DNA of 63,947 bases, counting the filler, from Choristocarpus tenellus KU-1152 (lineage: Eukaryota > Protista > Phaeophyceae): assembly GCA_964200185.2 (NCBI GenBank). It is 11 parts of 11 records of this genome, joined end to end, with 100 filler letters (N's around TTAATTAATTAA, not from the genome) between each part and the next. Parts side by side here need not be neighbours in the genome. Positions count along the whole stretch, not along the records: positions 12,609 to 33,867 come from CAXNAD020000354.1; 10 more parts are not named here. The stretch is one strand, 5' to 3'. The notes under the pieces are model-generated. The model saw nothing but the letters and a program-made list of their open reading frames with translations, was not told where the DNA came from and searched no databases. The translations under genes and the position numbers were made by a program. How positions within the stretch are numbered: the first letter of the stretch is position 1; each line of letters begins with the position of its first letter. Shown here piece after piece: positions 13,090 through 26,300 of this stretch.

Positions 13090-16000
13090 GGTATCACAGT
13101 GATTGGTTGCAAGGGTAGACAACAAGCGTTTGAGAGTGGTGTGTACCACAACCACATGTCCGTTCGTGCGTACATCTACGGCGAAATGTATCGCGCGCGG
13201 TATTGACATTTTCCTTTTTGGATTCATATTTTTTCGTTGTGTGCCAACAACATGTCGGAACTTGTAACTACAATATTGTACAAGTATATCTTCCATTTTT
13301 TCAGTGTTTTGAGGTGATGGTTATCTGGAATAATTTGGGGGGTTCAAACCCGTTCGACGCTAGACTTCTTTTCACCGAAATCTGGTTTCGACGATGCTGT
13401 TCCGCTTGGCAACTTCAACCGATTTTATACCTGTACCATCGTTTTGTGTGTGTGTGTGTCTATATCACAAAAGCTCAGGACTCAGATCAAGGTGGAAACT
13501 TCAGATTGGGGTCTTGGAGAAGATTCGAGGGAGGAGACGGAGTAACGAGGGGTAGGAGCGCTGAACCCAACGCGCGAGAAGCAATGTAGAGAGGGAGGCA
13601 GTACAATTTGTTGTAGTGTAATTGTAGTAGAGGGTTAGTAGCTAGTGCGAGAAATAATAGTGCAATGTGCAATGTCCTTAGATCAAGGGTTGGGATCATC
13701 CCTGTCAAATATGATTTTTTTTAGATATATAAAATTGATCTCTATCTCGTGATAACGGTCTCCAATTTAGATCTAAATAGTGGGTGTAGCCCCCTCACAA
13801 GGAAGATACAGCTATCCCAGGAGGGTCCAGATCTGCAATATCTCAACCTTACGACGGGGGACGTCCGCAATCCCAAACAAAATGGCCCAGTACCTTTGGT
13901 CCCTACTGCATCTTACAATAAACCCGTGAGATCATGATCCCATCGTTCCTGACCTCCCAACTCCTTCAACCAAGCCAAGCAACATCGTGACAGGTGGGAA
14001 GCAATTAATGGGGAATATGGGAAACTTTTGTCAATGATATATAAACTTTTTTTGGCAAGAACACCCTTTTCCGCACCGAAAATGTTATTGTTTCCACTGG
14101 CTAGCGATTCTGGACAAATGCAGACAGCTCACAGGCTGCAGTCGCTGGTAACCCCTCCAAACCCCTCGAATTCAGCTTTGTAGCAATAGATGCGCCTAGG
14201 TCATTTTCTGTTGACTTAGCCCTGTTCCATATTGAATAGCTGCTCTCATCTAGTTATCGTTGACTGACTTGTAGTTCAGGGCTTCCAAGACAGCATGGGT
14301 GTCATTCAGGACACATTCATCCCTATTATTAAGCTATGGAGAAGATCCTTGACGGGTCTGTGGCACGTGGCTAGGATACAGCCAAGGAGTTGATTATTGG
14401 TGTGATCAAAGACCAGGTATTCAAGGCTTGGCACGACCAGTGGGGGGTTGATCCTGTTGAGTGGGGCGTCTGAGACCCCGTTCAGTGATTTGACAAGGCC
14501 TGAATAGAGCAATGGGTAATGAGTGGCCTTGTTAAAATTATAGTGATATAAGATAGGAGAGAGACAAAATCGGACTTGTACTTGCACGGTGGCTTGATAT
14601 GGAGGGCCGCCCCCCTGAGAACATAGGAAGTTGAAGTTCCTGCTCCATGATGACCTCAAGGTTGTAGTCAACCTGGAGCCGTAGGGTTGCCAAAGTACAG
14701 GGTGTTTGCGTCCATCACTGTTTTATGTATAGGGTATTCCCTCCTAGCGTTGCTGTGCAATATGTAAAAGTATAGGACAACCTATACACCATTTTTGAAT
14801 AGTAAGTATGAGCTCATATTGATGCTGAAAGAGTGCAAAGTGTGAGGCAGTAACGATATTGGATACCGTGTCCAAACTGACAAATTCCATGTGATGCATG
14901 CCAAGGGTTTGTATCTTTTCCTTGAATTTTAACGACTGACATAATATAGCTCACGCTCCATCGCATTCACAGATGACAGAACTAGTACATTACAAAGTAA
15001 AGGAGGATAATAATAGTTTCTAAAAGTGGTGTGCTACAGCTCTACAAGTACAAGTTCTAGAGGGGTAAAACCAGTGCTTGTCTTTAGGTAGTGATCTTAT
15101 TATTCTTCCTCTAGTATACACCACCATATTGATATTGTAGTTGAAAGGTTCCTCACCTCTAAAAACATGAGTACATAGTTTGGAGCAGATTAACCAACCT
15201 AAGACCTAGCCGACTTTAAACATTTCCAATTTTTCGGATCAAACTAATACCCTCAAGCCGAACCAATATTAACCGACTCCAAGAAATCGCCTAACTCCAA
15301 GTAAGTACATACTCCAAGGTATTTGCATCAACTCTAATTGTGGCAGTTCGATATGCCGAAGCAGAACGTCTCAAGTTTTGAGGTGTGATTGAGGAGGTAG
15401 AGTTGTTGATGGCTGCAAAATGTCTTCAAGAGTACGATAGCTCTTTTCCTTTGGAGTGTTACACCCTCTCTTCTGGTCTCTATAGCAGTAGGGATTTTTC
15501 TTTGTTATCAAGTGCTCTACTTCAATGCAGCGATTTGATTATGGAGGTGGTGATGGGAGTTAGGTGGGTGAGCGACTACCCATCATGCTTATGAGCACAG
15601 TGCACTTCCCCTCAACAGCAACGGATCTTCTGGTGGCTCCCATTGTAAGAAGAAATAGTTTTAGTGGACTTGAGAGTACCTCAGATCATCCCACTAACCA
15701 TATTAGTGCAGTGCACAATCACTTCTTGAGGCACATCCATCATTTCCAGCTCAAGAGAATAAAATGTAAACAAAACATTATGATAAATACAAATACTCAA
15801 TGTAGCTGTCTGACCATTACTGATACACAATACACAATGCAGGAGTACATCAAGGATGTCATAAGTAGTACATGTCAGGTTGACCAGTACACCACACTTA
15901 CCAGGCTGTGACTCAACAAGGTCTCAGATCTGAAATAATAGCGGGACTAGAGTGGTACTTATCACATCTGCTTGTCACAAGTTTCCTGGTTCAATTGCAA

Positions 16001-17121
16001 ATTGGTTGAAACAAAGATCTCACACTGTACTAATGCGGTCCTCCAGCCAGGCCCAGCATCAGAAGTGCAACTGCTCCTGGCACAAATACAAAGGACAAGA
16101 TTGCAACACTGTGATAAGAGTCCTCCAATGGTCATACTGTGCATGCACAAAATGTCTGGAACATCTGACCTCGGCAACTCCTTTGCCTTTCTTCCGCTCA
16201 TCCCACCCTTGCTCCTCAAAATATATCTAGGTGCACACCTACAAGCTCTTGAGAAGGTTACCTTTGCTACAAGTTTGAGACTCCAGGACTGGACTCAACG
16301 CATGAATAGAACATAATTGAAAACCAACAACCCAGGATTCAAACAAGGACTTTCGCTCAGACCCAGACCAGTGACTGGACCCGTTACTCAGGCAAATCTT
16401 GGAGTAAAAATATGTATTGCAAAATTACATTAGACCCACCTCATAGACCCCATCAAGGACTTGAGTGGAACTCAAGGTCATGGGTGCAAACTGCAACACA
16501 TTAGATTTGACAACCATGGTGCACTTTCAGCATTGCATTTACACGGGAGGGGGATAAACAAGGCATCACGGATAGATCATGCTCACAATGGATAGAGCAA
16601 GGAGAAAGATACCTTCCCTCTGAGGACAAAGCATTCTGTCATTCAAGCTAACACTTACATAAATGTAGTTGAGCAATACACATTTGTCTTTCCACAAATC
16701 TAAGCCAAAATCACTAGAGAAATAGTGGGTTCTTGACGCTTCTTGATTGCTGCACACAAAGTGCATTTCCTTACCCCTCCCCTCTCTTTCACATCACAAA
16801 CAAGACTCTGTGGCAATATCCAAATGCTATACATTGTTTAGGGCACCTGCACTATACCTCAAAGCAGTAATTGTACTTCTGGAAGGGCCCAACTACCTTC
16901 AGTAGTGGTAGGTAAGAAAAACTAGGAAAGGAAAAGAAGTGCAGCAGGGTCATCAAGGATCAGACCAGTCACTACAAAAAGGGTCAACTGCATGACGCGG
17001 GAACTGATACTGCCATTACCAACACAATTCACACCCCCATAGTAGGAGGACTGCAGACACTGGACATTATATATACTCCCCATCTAGTGGGAGAGGATGG
17101 GTATGGACAGGGGGCATGTTG

Positions 17122-18348
17122 TCATAAAGTAGTCTGCAAGTACCCCTGCCCTAATGACTTTTTACTTCCAGGTGGTGCAGCCATGGTGGTCCTCTCGATG
17201 AGCTCTTCGAGGTGGGATGTGAAGAGCTCACAGCGGATCGGCATCTCCAGCTCATAAAAGGGATTCTAAAATAAGGGGTTCACAAGTACATGTGCGTAAC
17301 GGTGGAGGATAATTGCAACAGAGCCGGCGGAATGTCCAGTTGGTGACAGACAAGGGTAAGGACTGATACAAAATAATGCTGGGGTCTACTGCAAGTATGC
17401 GTAGGTACCCAGAAGATCGTGGAAGAAAAAATCATCACAGATAGAGGTACAGGATTTTCAGGATTAGATGAGACAACACTCAACTGGGGGGAACGAGAGG
17501 CCGAGAACAGATCATTCTGAAAACAAAAAAAACGCTATCGCAAAAGCAATCATGGACCTGCTTCTGTTCTGATGGCTATTGTGAGATGGACAATAAGCGG
17601 CGAATTCAATTGTGGCGGAAGAATTGATATATTTTTTCACTCTGTCCTAGGACTGGGGTAGGTTTGTAATACCTTCAGCACATAGTCCGTGTACAGCTCA
17701 TATATCCCTTGCAAAACCTCCCCCAAGTCTGGTGTGCCAGCCTCCGCCGTAATAACGAACTTCACACCAGTAAGTGTCTGGAAGCTTTGTAATTTGAAGG
17801 TATCCGTCTCTAGCTTTTCGATTCCGGAAGAGGGCACCGGAGAAACCTGGCAACCAAGACAAACAATGAACATGTAAGTGGTTTCATGACAATTGCATCC
17901 CTGCGTCTTCCCTTACCCACGCTGGTTATCTGTGTCCTTCAATTTTCCTTCTCTTTTTTTTGAACTAATCCAATAATGTGTGCAGAGATTCACAGAGCTG
18001 AGGTGAAGTGTTGAGGGATTGGGAGTCAAGAAGGGTTTCCAGAGGTTGCACACAATATCGTGCCTCGACAAATACCTGAGATGCGATTGCATGGAGACTG
18101 TGGAACGTAGAACCCAGACGTAGCCAATCATTGCTTGACAACTTCGGAGCCGCAGGAGAAAGGTTCTAAGGGCGGCAGGTGGACGGAGAAGGGGGTGTAA
18201 GCGCCAAAGGCTTCAACAAAGCACAGAGAGTATCGTTGTGCCAAGATGTTGGTGAATTGCATAGGAAGGGGACTGAGTAGTGAAAACTGCTGACCTGATT
18301 GTATATTAGTCCTCCCGACTTGTTCACAACAAAAAGCTGGAGGAACAT
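17122..18348 (-). CDS. TRAPPC4: Trafficking protein particle complex subunit 4 (Trs23/sybindin)
   Basis: Exons 18295-18348, 18076-18165, 17673-17846 and 17122-17265, all GT-AG and phase 0: MFLQLFVVNKSGGLIYNQ...LRLGSTFHSLHAIA...FQTLTGVKFV...[26 protein letters not shown]. Confidence 0.97.
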
Positions 18349-18598
18349 GGAATCTCACTCGCGGGTGAGGTGCCGCAAACTTAGCTGCTTGGAGGCTTTC
18401 CAAACAAATCACAAGCAAGTAAGTTTTCAGTTAGCGTGCATCAATATGTGAGATATTATATTTTATTTTCCGTCTTCGCCTTGCATCAACTACATGAAAA
18501 AAATAGTATAGTAGTAGCATTACAAAAGTGGTGATCAAATCCAATTGACTCGTTTGAAACCTGGCATAACAAGGACGTGAAGTAAAAGAGGCGGTGAC
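18349..18598. promoter_or_regulatory. Probable bidirectional promoter, TRAPPC4 / REC114-like gene
   Basis: 250 bp between divergent ATGs. Confidence 0.55.
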
Positions 18599-21500
18599 AT
18601 GCGTGTGACCTACCTAGTCCAGTCATCTAGTCGAGGGTGGCAGAGGCATAAGGTTCCTCACCAAGTGTCTCTGGAGGCAGATAACAAATTACGAGTGATA
18701 GATTTCGAGAGTCGTGCAGTGAAGGCAAGCTTTGCCCTACTTTGTACGATTAGATCTCAACATACCCCTTGATTGCTACACCAAAAAGATAGTATCTGGC
18801 ACGGTCTGAACTGTTGTATCCTTCTACAGTACCCAATTCGTTAGGTATACGTAACTAGACGTATTTGCTACATCACGACGAAGGCGAATGGATGGGTTGA
18901 ATTCGTAGAGGTGACCTCGGATCGGTGGCACCGGTGTATCAGTATCATCTCCAGTGTATGAGATTTTATTCTCTCGTTGACAAAGAAATTGAAGCAACTC
19001 GTTTGTCCAGCTCTCCGTTCGTCACGTACTCAAGATATTTTGAGTTTGGTGGTGTTGTCATCAACACCAGGTGCAATGTGTAACTAAGAGGCTGGCTGAT
19101 CCCCGCCAATATCCGTTATCATTCTATCCGTCCCCGAACCTTCTCCATGTCTGCCTTCCAATAGGAGAACATCAACCTGAGGAGTGGAGAAATACTTCAG
19201 GTCCAGGCAACGTTCGCTGCTGCTAACAGGAAAAGCAGCATCAAGTAAGAGCCATTCATCATCGAGCGAACCCTGTATTCAAGCTCTATGCTTCCTCTAG
19301 GTCGCTCGGACTTCGTACTGTGTTTGAAGTCACAAAAACTCGTCATATTCTCGTCCAACCGAGTGACGCTGTGGATATGGGGACGAACAGATATTCATAC
19401 CTGATGGGTTGCAGCAGTGCTTTCAGCATCATGCTCGCCTCCTTCTCTATCTCAATTGTCTCTACAATTTCTAACGTATATGAATATTAATAGTACCCAT
19501 CGCTGACCGATATGATCCCTCCCTGGTTGCTCTCATTCTCTGTAGGATTGCACTGGCTGGTCAGCCTGTTCGAAAAATAGCCCTATTGTTCGAATCGGAT
19601 GTGACTGCAGCTGAGCTATGCCATGGTCTGCATAACCGAGGCAAGTAAGCATTTAATATATGTCGTGTATTGGATCTACAATATATGGTTACGAAACGAG
19701 TACTGTCAATCAATTATGTTGGTGGAGGGTTGATGAGCACGATCACGGACACCACTACCCAGTATACGATCACCGCAATATCAATGTGAGAGAGGCGGGC
19801 TAAATGAACTTTCAATGTGCACTGAAGAGTGAAAATTTCTGTGGGGTTGGTCTCTGGCAGAGAGAAGATACAGAGCCATTAGCACTACGTCTTGGCATCT
19901 TGTGAAAGAGTCCTTTACAAATTTCATTAAGATGGCCAAAGCACATGGCTTATTCTCTTTATGATGTGCATTTACAGAAATCACACCCTCTCCTTACCAG
20001 ATAATATTTCTCTTTTGATATGGAATATGTGAGAGGTAAGGTAGGCTCAAAACTTTTTCGACCCAAACGATTATCCCCACAGTTTCAAAGCCATTTATGT
20101 AGCGGCAAAGAAAGGTGCCTATATCGACTTTGAATTATATGGCAGGCACTCCAATTATCGTATGTACTGTTCTGAACATGTTTCCACACACAATGACATC
20201 TGATCAAATCCACAGGAGTTCATGTACGAGGCATGGAAGCCATCAGCGAAAAGCTTGACCTCAACAGCAGTAACCAGTGTGTAGCACAGGCTCTTGAGAC
20301 TGACCTCCCAGATATTTCAAGGCCTGAGGTGCAAGCATTTATCATTAGGTGTGTGACCCTATAATATATTGTAGAAGGAATGCAGGGTATTTTAAAAGGA
20401 AAATGTATCAAGGTCTGTCCACACCAGGTATCATGCAAGAGGTACATGGCTTATACTTTTTATGTGCATATTTTGTCTGTGGAAATTTTGCACATGTTGT
20501 CATATGAAGGGAACAAGAAGAAAAACATCCAGTAAATAGTTAAATAAACACGTCTGTATGCTTGCAGTATTAATATTTCCCTCCATTATATGTACTACTA
20601 GTGTTACAATACGTACATATATGTCCAGTGTACAATAGTCAGGACATGCCGAAATGCTGCGCATCACTACCATGAAATATTAAACCTGTAAAAACTCAAA
20701 TGTATTGCTGACACTGGGTATAACCACAAGAAATGGACTATAATAATCCAGATACACCGTCCTGGGCATTGTCCAATCAGTATGACCCAAAGCATTTAAG
20801 GGGGTAGAACGTTTACCCTGTTTGTCCATTTGGGGCTTGGCTTCCCTTCTTTTTTTAGTCCTTTTTCGGTTTTCAAAACATTTCGGAGTAGGTCAAATGT
20901 TTACCACGATCAATGGTGTGTCCGGAGCAAGCATATTGACTCCTGCTAAAAAATATGATAGCCAAAATTACATCAAAATCGCTACATTGGATTTTGGACC
21001 CCAAACAGATGTGGCCCTACCCTCTTAAATGCTTTGACTCATTTCTAGTAACGTGGTGAGACGCAAACACATTCTTCCTTGCCAATACAACAACAGTTAA
21101 ACAACCTCAAATAGAAGTACACCCACTTGCCCCTTCAGCTCTTAATGCTATTGACATCACTTCCACCTTGCTGTTCTCCTGCTTGACTCTTGGATAAACT
21201 CTGGGTCTCGAACCCAGACTCCTATTCCAAGATTCGTTCATTAAATTTGTTGGAGACCTTGGGGAACTCTTCAACCACGTAATTTCCCAACTTCCCTCAA
21301 CGGGATTATTACCAGGAGCAACAGCCATGCCTAATGCCCCCCCTGACAGCCCTCAACCAGTGGATTCAAGCATGTCTCGCTCTGTTGGTGGGGATTGGGA
21401 TATGCATAGGGCAAGCAGTAGTAGGAGCAGTGTTGTCATGGGCAAAGATAGTAGTGATAGTGTACACAGTGGACAAAGTAACAGTTGTGCAACAGTGGAT

Positions 21501-23793
21501 GCGACTCAAGGGCAAAGAGAATGCAGGTCCACCACTGAGGATCATGGAAGATGCATAATTGTGGACAAAGAGGGCGATCTTTGTTGTGCAGAAAATAATC
21601 AAGGGGAGGACTCCATCATCAGATCTAAACAGGTGGGAGTAGGAGGTACTAACAACCGGTATTTTACCCCAAAAAGTAACTGCAGAGATGGGCATGGTTG
21701 GACTGGAGATGGTGATAGGGCTGGCAGTGAGAATGGGATTGTGAATCAGGGGAGGAAATCGTCTGATGGCAACCCCACAAGTTCTCATCGAGGTAAGAGT
21801 GAGAGAGAAGTTACGGATAGGGCATTGGTCAATCTTACCCCCCCTTTGCATAATCATGGGCTAGTCAGGGACATGACTGTAGTAGAGCAACAAAAGGAGA
21901 TATACGCAAAAGGTGCAAGAGAGGGTTATGAAACACTACAAAGACCTGTACGGGGTAACAGGGATGATTCTAAAGGGGCAGATCATGAAGTGGAGAGGGA
22001 TGTCAACAGGAACAAGAAAAAACTGAAAACTGACAGACAAACAAAACAGAGGCAAGCATCGATTGAAGTGGTAGGCATTGATTACAACAAGAACAAGTCT
22101 ATGGGACCTGAACCAAAACAGAAAAAAATAATAGCACCAAGATCAAGACAGTTTGAGGGCAACAGCACCCAGAGGGCTGATGCCCTTCAGGAGGATAGGC
22201 ATGTGGGGCAAGGGCAAGGACTTGGTCCAGGTTATGGAGAGAGGCAGCTGCCACAACAGAAGGACCAGATGAGAAAGCGAGGGGGAAGGCAAGATCAAGG
22301 AGGCAGAGAGCATGGTGGTGGTTGTGGACGGAGAAGAGGTCAGAGAGGACAGGAAAAGGGAAGACGAATTGTGGTAGAGACTGTGAAGGTAAATGTTGGA
22401 GCGGCACCCACTGCAAGTGGGAGGGCGGCTGGCCTTTCAGTAGCACTCAAAAAGATCTGGTCTGCTGTCAACAAGCATTCAAGTGCATGGCCTTTCAGGT
22501 GCGATATAGGATTGAGCAAGAAGGAGGAGTACCTATTATATGATTGCAAACCGTTGAATTGTTGATGTATATTGTTGTATCCAAATTACGCGGTGTGGGC
22601 AACGGGACCAGGATCTGCACGAAAAAACCACTTTCACTATTAACAGCAATATAAGAAAAATAAAACAGATAATTGGTAGTTCACTACATTATATATCTCC
22701 CAAACATAACTACATATTGCAATTGCTTGCTGGTATGACATCCCAAATGCAATGCTGCAGTGCTATGCTAGGAATGCATCTTGACAAAGATATGGCGATG
22801 AAATGCATGCTCTTCTCTATAGCAACCCCTGACAACTGAATTGAATAACGGGTGTGGATCTCGAACTTGTGAGGGCACTGCAGCGCAAGGAGAATGTGTC
22901 CTGGAGTGATCTACACTGTGAAAAGCAACCGCTTGTATCAATGTTCTCAATTTCGCTACCCCTACGCTTACAAATTGATATATCTGTTGTAATCTTGTTT
23001 CTTGACAGAAAATGCGTGGATCTCGATAAAGTTCCTGACTATCTGTCCATTATAAAAAAACCCATGGGTGAGTTCAACGTGTGACAAGCGACATGATTTT
23101 CTCAACAAACTCAAATACTTCCCATTGACTCAATTTATATAAGTAGTCTATGTTATTGGTCTGGATATTGACTGAAACATAAAAGAAAAGTATGCACACA
23201 GTATGTTTTGTCTCATGTGCTCTAACTATTTTGAATGATGGCATTGCTTGTTGAAAGATCTGCAGAGCATACTTGATCGCTTGGACAAGGACACACACTA
23301 CACGAGTGAGAGCATGCTGCAGGACGATCTTCACCTCATATGCAATAATGCTAAGGATTACAATGAAGCAGACTCGCTGATTTACAGGCAAGGAAGTATG
23401 TGAACACAGACACAACTATGTGAAGATGGAAGATCTTTGATGTTTCTGCTATTGGGAGGGACTGCTACAGCGCTTTGTAGAATGAATAACATGAATATGA
23501 AAGGTGTCTACTTACTAAAGTGAACAGAAGGCTTTGCATTCCATGAGTGCAAGTCCTAGCTGAACCCAATGGAGCAGTACTTAACTTGAATCAACACCCT
23601 TTCCCGCCCTGCATCAACATGAACTCAGCACCTTTCACATGTTGATTTATGTGAAGATGGCCGAGCACCTGTCTCCAGTTCCTCTTTCTTACTGCTTGAC
23701 TACTTTACCCAACATACTTTGAACACACTTGTGTACACTCCACCCTACAGGGAAGCAGAAGAGCTCCAGCGGTTCATTGACACGCAGTTTTGA
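18599..23793 (+). CDS. REC114: Putative REC114/PHS1-like meiotic DSB protein fused to a C-terminal bromodomain (648 aa, 8 exons)
   Basis: Exons 18599-18724, 19165-19244, 19546-19640, 20216-20348, 21218-22498, 23009-23067, 23258-23387 and 23751-23793 join in phase (1947 nt, ATG to TGA). The N-terminus MRVTYLVQSSSRGWQRHKVPHQVSLEADNKLRVIDFESRAVKENINL...NRKSSIKIALAGQPVRKIALLFESDVTAAELCHGLHNRG has a PH-like pattern. It is followed by EVQAFIIRLLFQDSFIKFVGDLGELF (REC114 C-terminal-like motif) and a C-terminal SAWPFRKCVDLDKVPDYLSIIKKPMDL...NNAKDYN...YREAEELQRF bromodomain. The bromodomain call is near certain; the REC114 call is motif resemblance only. Confidence 0.65.
20784..21040 (+). mobile_element. 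MITE family A variant in intron 4 of the REC114-like gene
   Basis: Same interior; variant TIRs GACCCAAAGCATTTAAGGGGGTAG / CTACCCTCTTAAATGCTTTGACTC. Confidence 0.85.
22430..23793 (+). other. Bromodomain-coding part of the 18599-23793 gene (GCN5/PCAF-like)
   Basis: WPF motif, VPDYxxIIKxPMDL and the DYN acetyl-lysine-binding Asn, spread over four exons. Confidence 0.95.
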
Positions 23794-26300
23794 TGCTCAA
23801 ATATAATTCCCCAGTTGTGTTGGCTTTGATGAGGAAGCTTGTAAGCCCAGCTTGAAGCCCACTATGACCCCACCTGTAACCTTTCCACTATTGCTGGCTC
23901 ATCATGCGGCCTAGGAGAAGATGAGGAAGGTTTGGCGATGGAAAATCAGCAGCACAAGATATGATGAATGGTTACTCCCTTTAACAACTAATCATTATTT
24001 TAGCAAAAATGTTTCAGTCCTAAAAGGCTCAGGAAGAATCCCTACCAAAGCCTCCACAAGTCTGCACTCCTTAAAACTTGTTCATGAATGCATCTCATAA
24101 GACGTCTTGCAACCCCTCCTGCATGCATGCGGCCTCGGTTGCTATACACCACTTTTAGCTACTTGGCCTACACTTTACAATGACGTTAATTTGAAAAATG
24201 TCACTCAATCGACAGATCTGAAAGCCCAATTCAAAGTATCTTGGACACATACAACAATCGTTTGCAATCCCAAATACCCATTGCCCCCAAAACGTGCACA
24301 TTGATTTGCTAGGCACTACCTCAATAAACGGCTGACCAGATTTGATACTCACCCCAAAAAACAGCAGACCCCCTCAGACTAAGGTATTATATCAAAATCC
24401 ATGCTCGAGCCTCCTCTATCTCTGCCCCTTGATGATGAACTAAGAAACATACATCCCAGAAGACTTCCTAACCCTGACAGAGATGTCCAATGAATGCCTC
24501 TGCATTGCCTTCCAGTGCTTGATCCGCACACCACAACAGTTCTACTTTTAACAACGGATCCTTGGTGCTGAATCGCCCCATGTAGTATATAGGTGTTTAA
24601 CCAGTACTTGTGCCCAATGGAGTGTGTGATTCTGGCATGGTGGTAGGAATGAGGCAATGCTCTTTCTCTGTGCACAGAATGGCCTTGGTGTGTACACAGG
24701 GGTTGGTATTTCTCTCTATGATTCGCCTTTCCTTAACCTAAGTATTTACTGCTGTGTAAGACAGAGAATTCTTTTCACCGCCAGATGTACAAGGCGTGCC
24801 ACTCCATAATTGAAAGGTTTCTGGGTATCACGACCTAAAGACACCTCATTATGGGTGAAAATGATTATGATCATGACTCTCTTTTCTGGTCGACTCATCA
24901 TATTCCTGATCTTTCAGGCATATGAGAAAAACAGTGTATACAGTAGTATACTTCCACAACACACAAAGACCATTATTGACCACAACAGGAAGAGATGAAT
25001 CTTTAGCCATTGTAATTTATCACTTGATGGACCATTTTCACGCCATTTCAAGTATTTAGGGGTCGTTACATCTTCTGCCTGAAATGCAGTTGATACCCCT
25101 AAATACAAGGCTATGGCGGACAACACTAGTATCCTTTCACATCAGTGCAAAACCGCAATCCAGGCTGCGAGAGTACATTTGATAACCAAAAGATGGTCAG
25201 AGGCATAGAGTTACTAAAAACTTGCCTCTCTACCATATAGTAGGACCAACTTTGTTGTACAATATTTCTACTCCTTAGGCGCTTCCTCGTAGCAATCCAA
25301 CCAAGCAATTATTCAGTTGGAAATATAAAATCCTTGGATACTTTTCCAACTAACAAGAAAATCCCAACCAAGAGTCAGACTCCTGTCGAGGCATCAAAAA
25401 AAGGATAATACTCTTCTAGAGGGTAGAGATGGATCTTCCCTCCACATCAAAAGGTTGATACCGGATATGTGTACATTGCAAATGCAAGAGGCTACGTTTC
25501 TACTAGGGTGGAGTAAAAGAAACACTCTTCTGGTTTCAGGCTACTACAATTTTGTATCAGGTGGAGGAGAAAATCACCAGAAGTATTTCCATACTAGCAG
25601 CAAATCATCCTTCATTATTGTTCTCTTTTCAAGATAAAGGAGAGAATAGAACAAATTTGGTACCGAATTAAGAAAGAGCACTATCTCTTGTGCACAATCC
25701 TGTCTCTTTACAAATATATATTTTTTTACCATGCGATTGTTGTTGAACTGTTTCTTTATCTACCACAGCATCCACAGACACTTTGACCCCTGCCCCCCCC
25801 CTCTATGACCACCCACCCCTCCTCCCCTCCTTTCAATATCCAAGGCAATGGTTTAACAACCGCAGTGCCAATCAGTGATGTGATCACAAGTACCACCCGC
25901 AGAAGATCTGAAAGAAGACAGAGTCAACAAACACAACAAATGCAACAACCTGGAAATCCTCATCTGAAACCCCAAAGCCCACCCAACTCCATATCGCCAG
26001 ACCAACATGTGCACACAGGATTTTGTCTTGCTTAAAAGTGATTCTTTCATATTGGAACCACTAAGGAGATGGTGGACAGGGGCAACAGGGAAACAGCAAA
26101 AACCAAAACTAATGGCATTGCAACTTCTCTCCTCTCAGCTATCCTTGCAGTCTCCTGTCCAACATGCTTGTTCTTCAGCAGGCAGGTGCACAGTAGTGAC
26201 AACATACTCAAGGATAAAGAATCAAGGTGTAACCAATGGACAGTAGAGGAATTCTTTAACATATGATTGTAACCTGCTCTCTTCTACCTCACACACCCTC

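Noticed and set aside
15960-16230. THAP-like RCSRHF motif on the minus strand
   Set aside because: Single short motif in a stop-interrupted frame; other THAP residues not seen.
19011-19070. Extra AG/GT-bounded exon in the REC114-like gene (also an acceptor at 19300)
   Set aside because: It introduces a stop, or lacks a phase-compatible donor.
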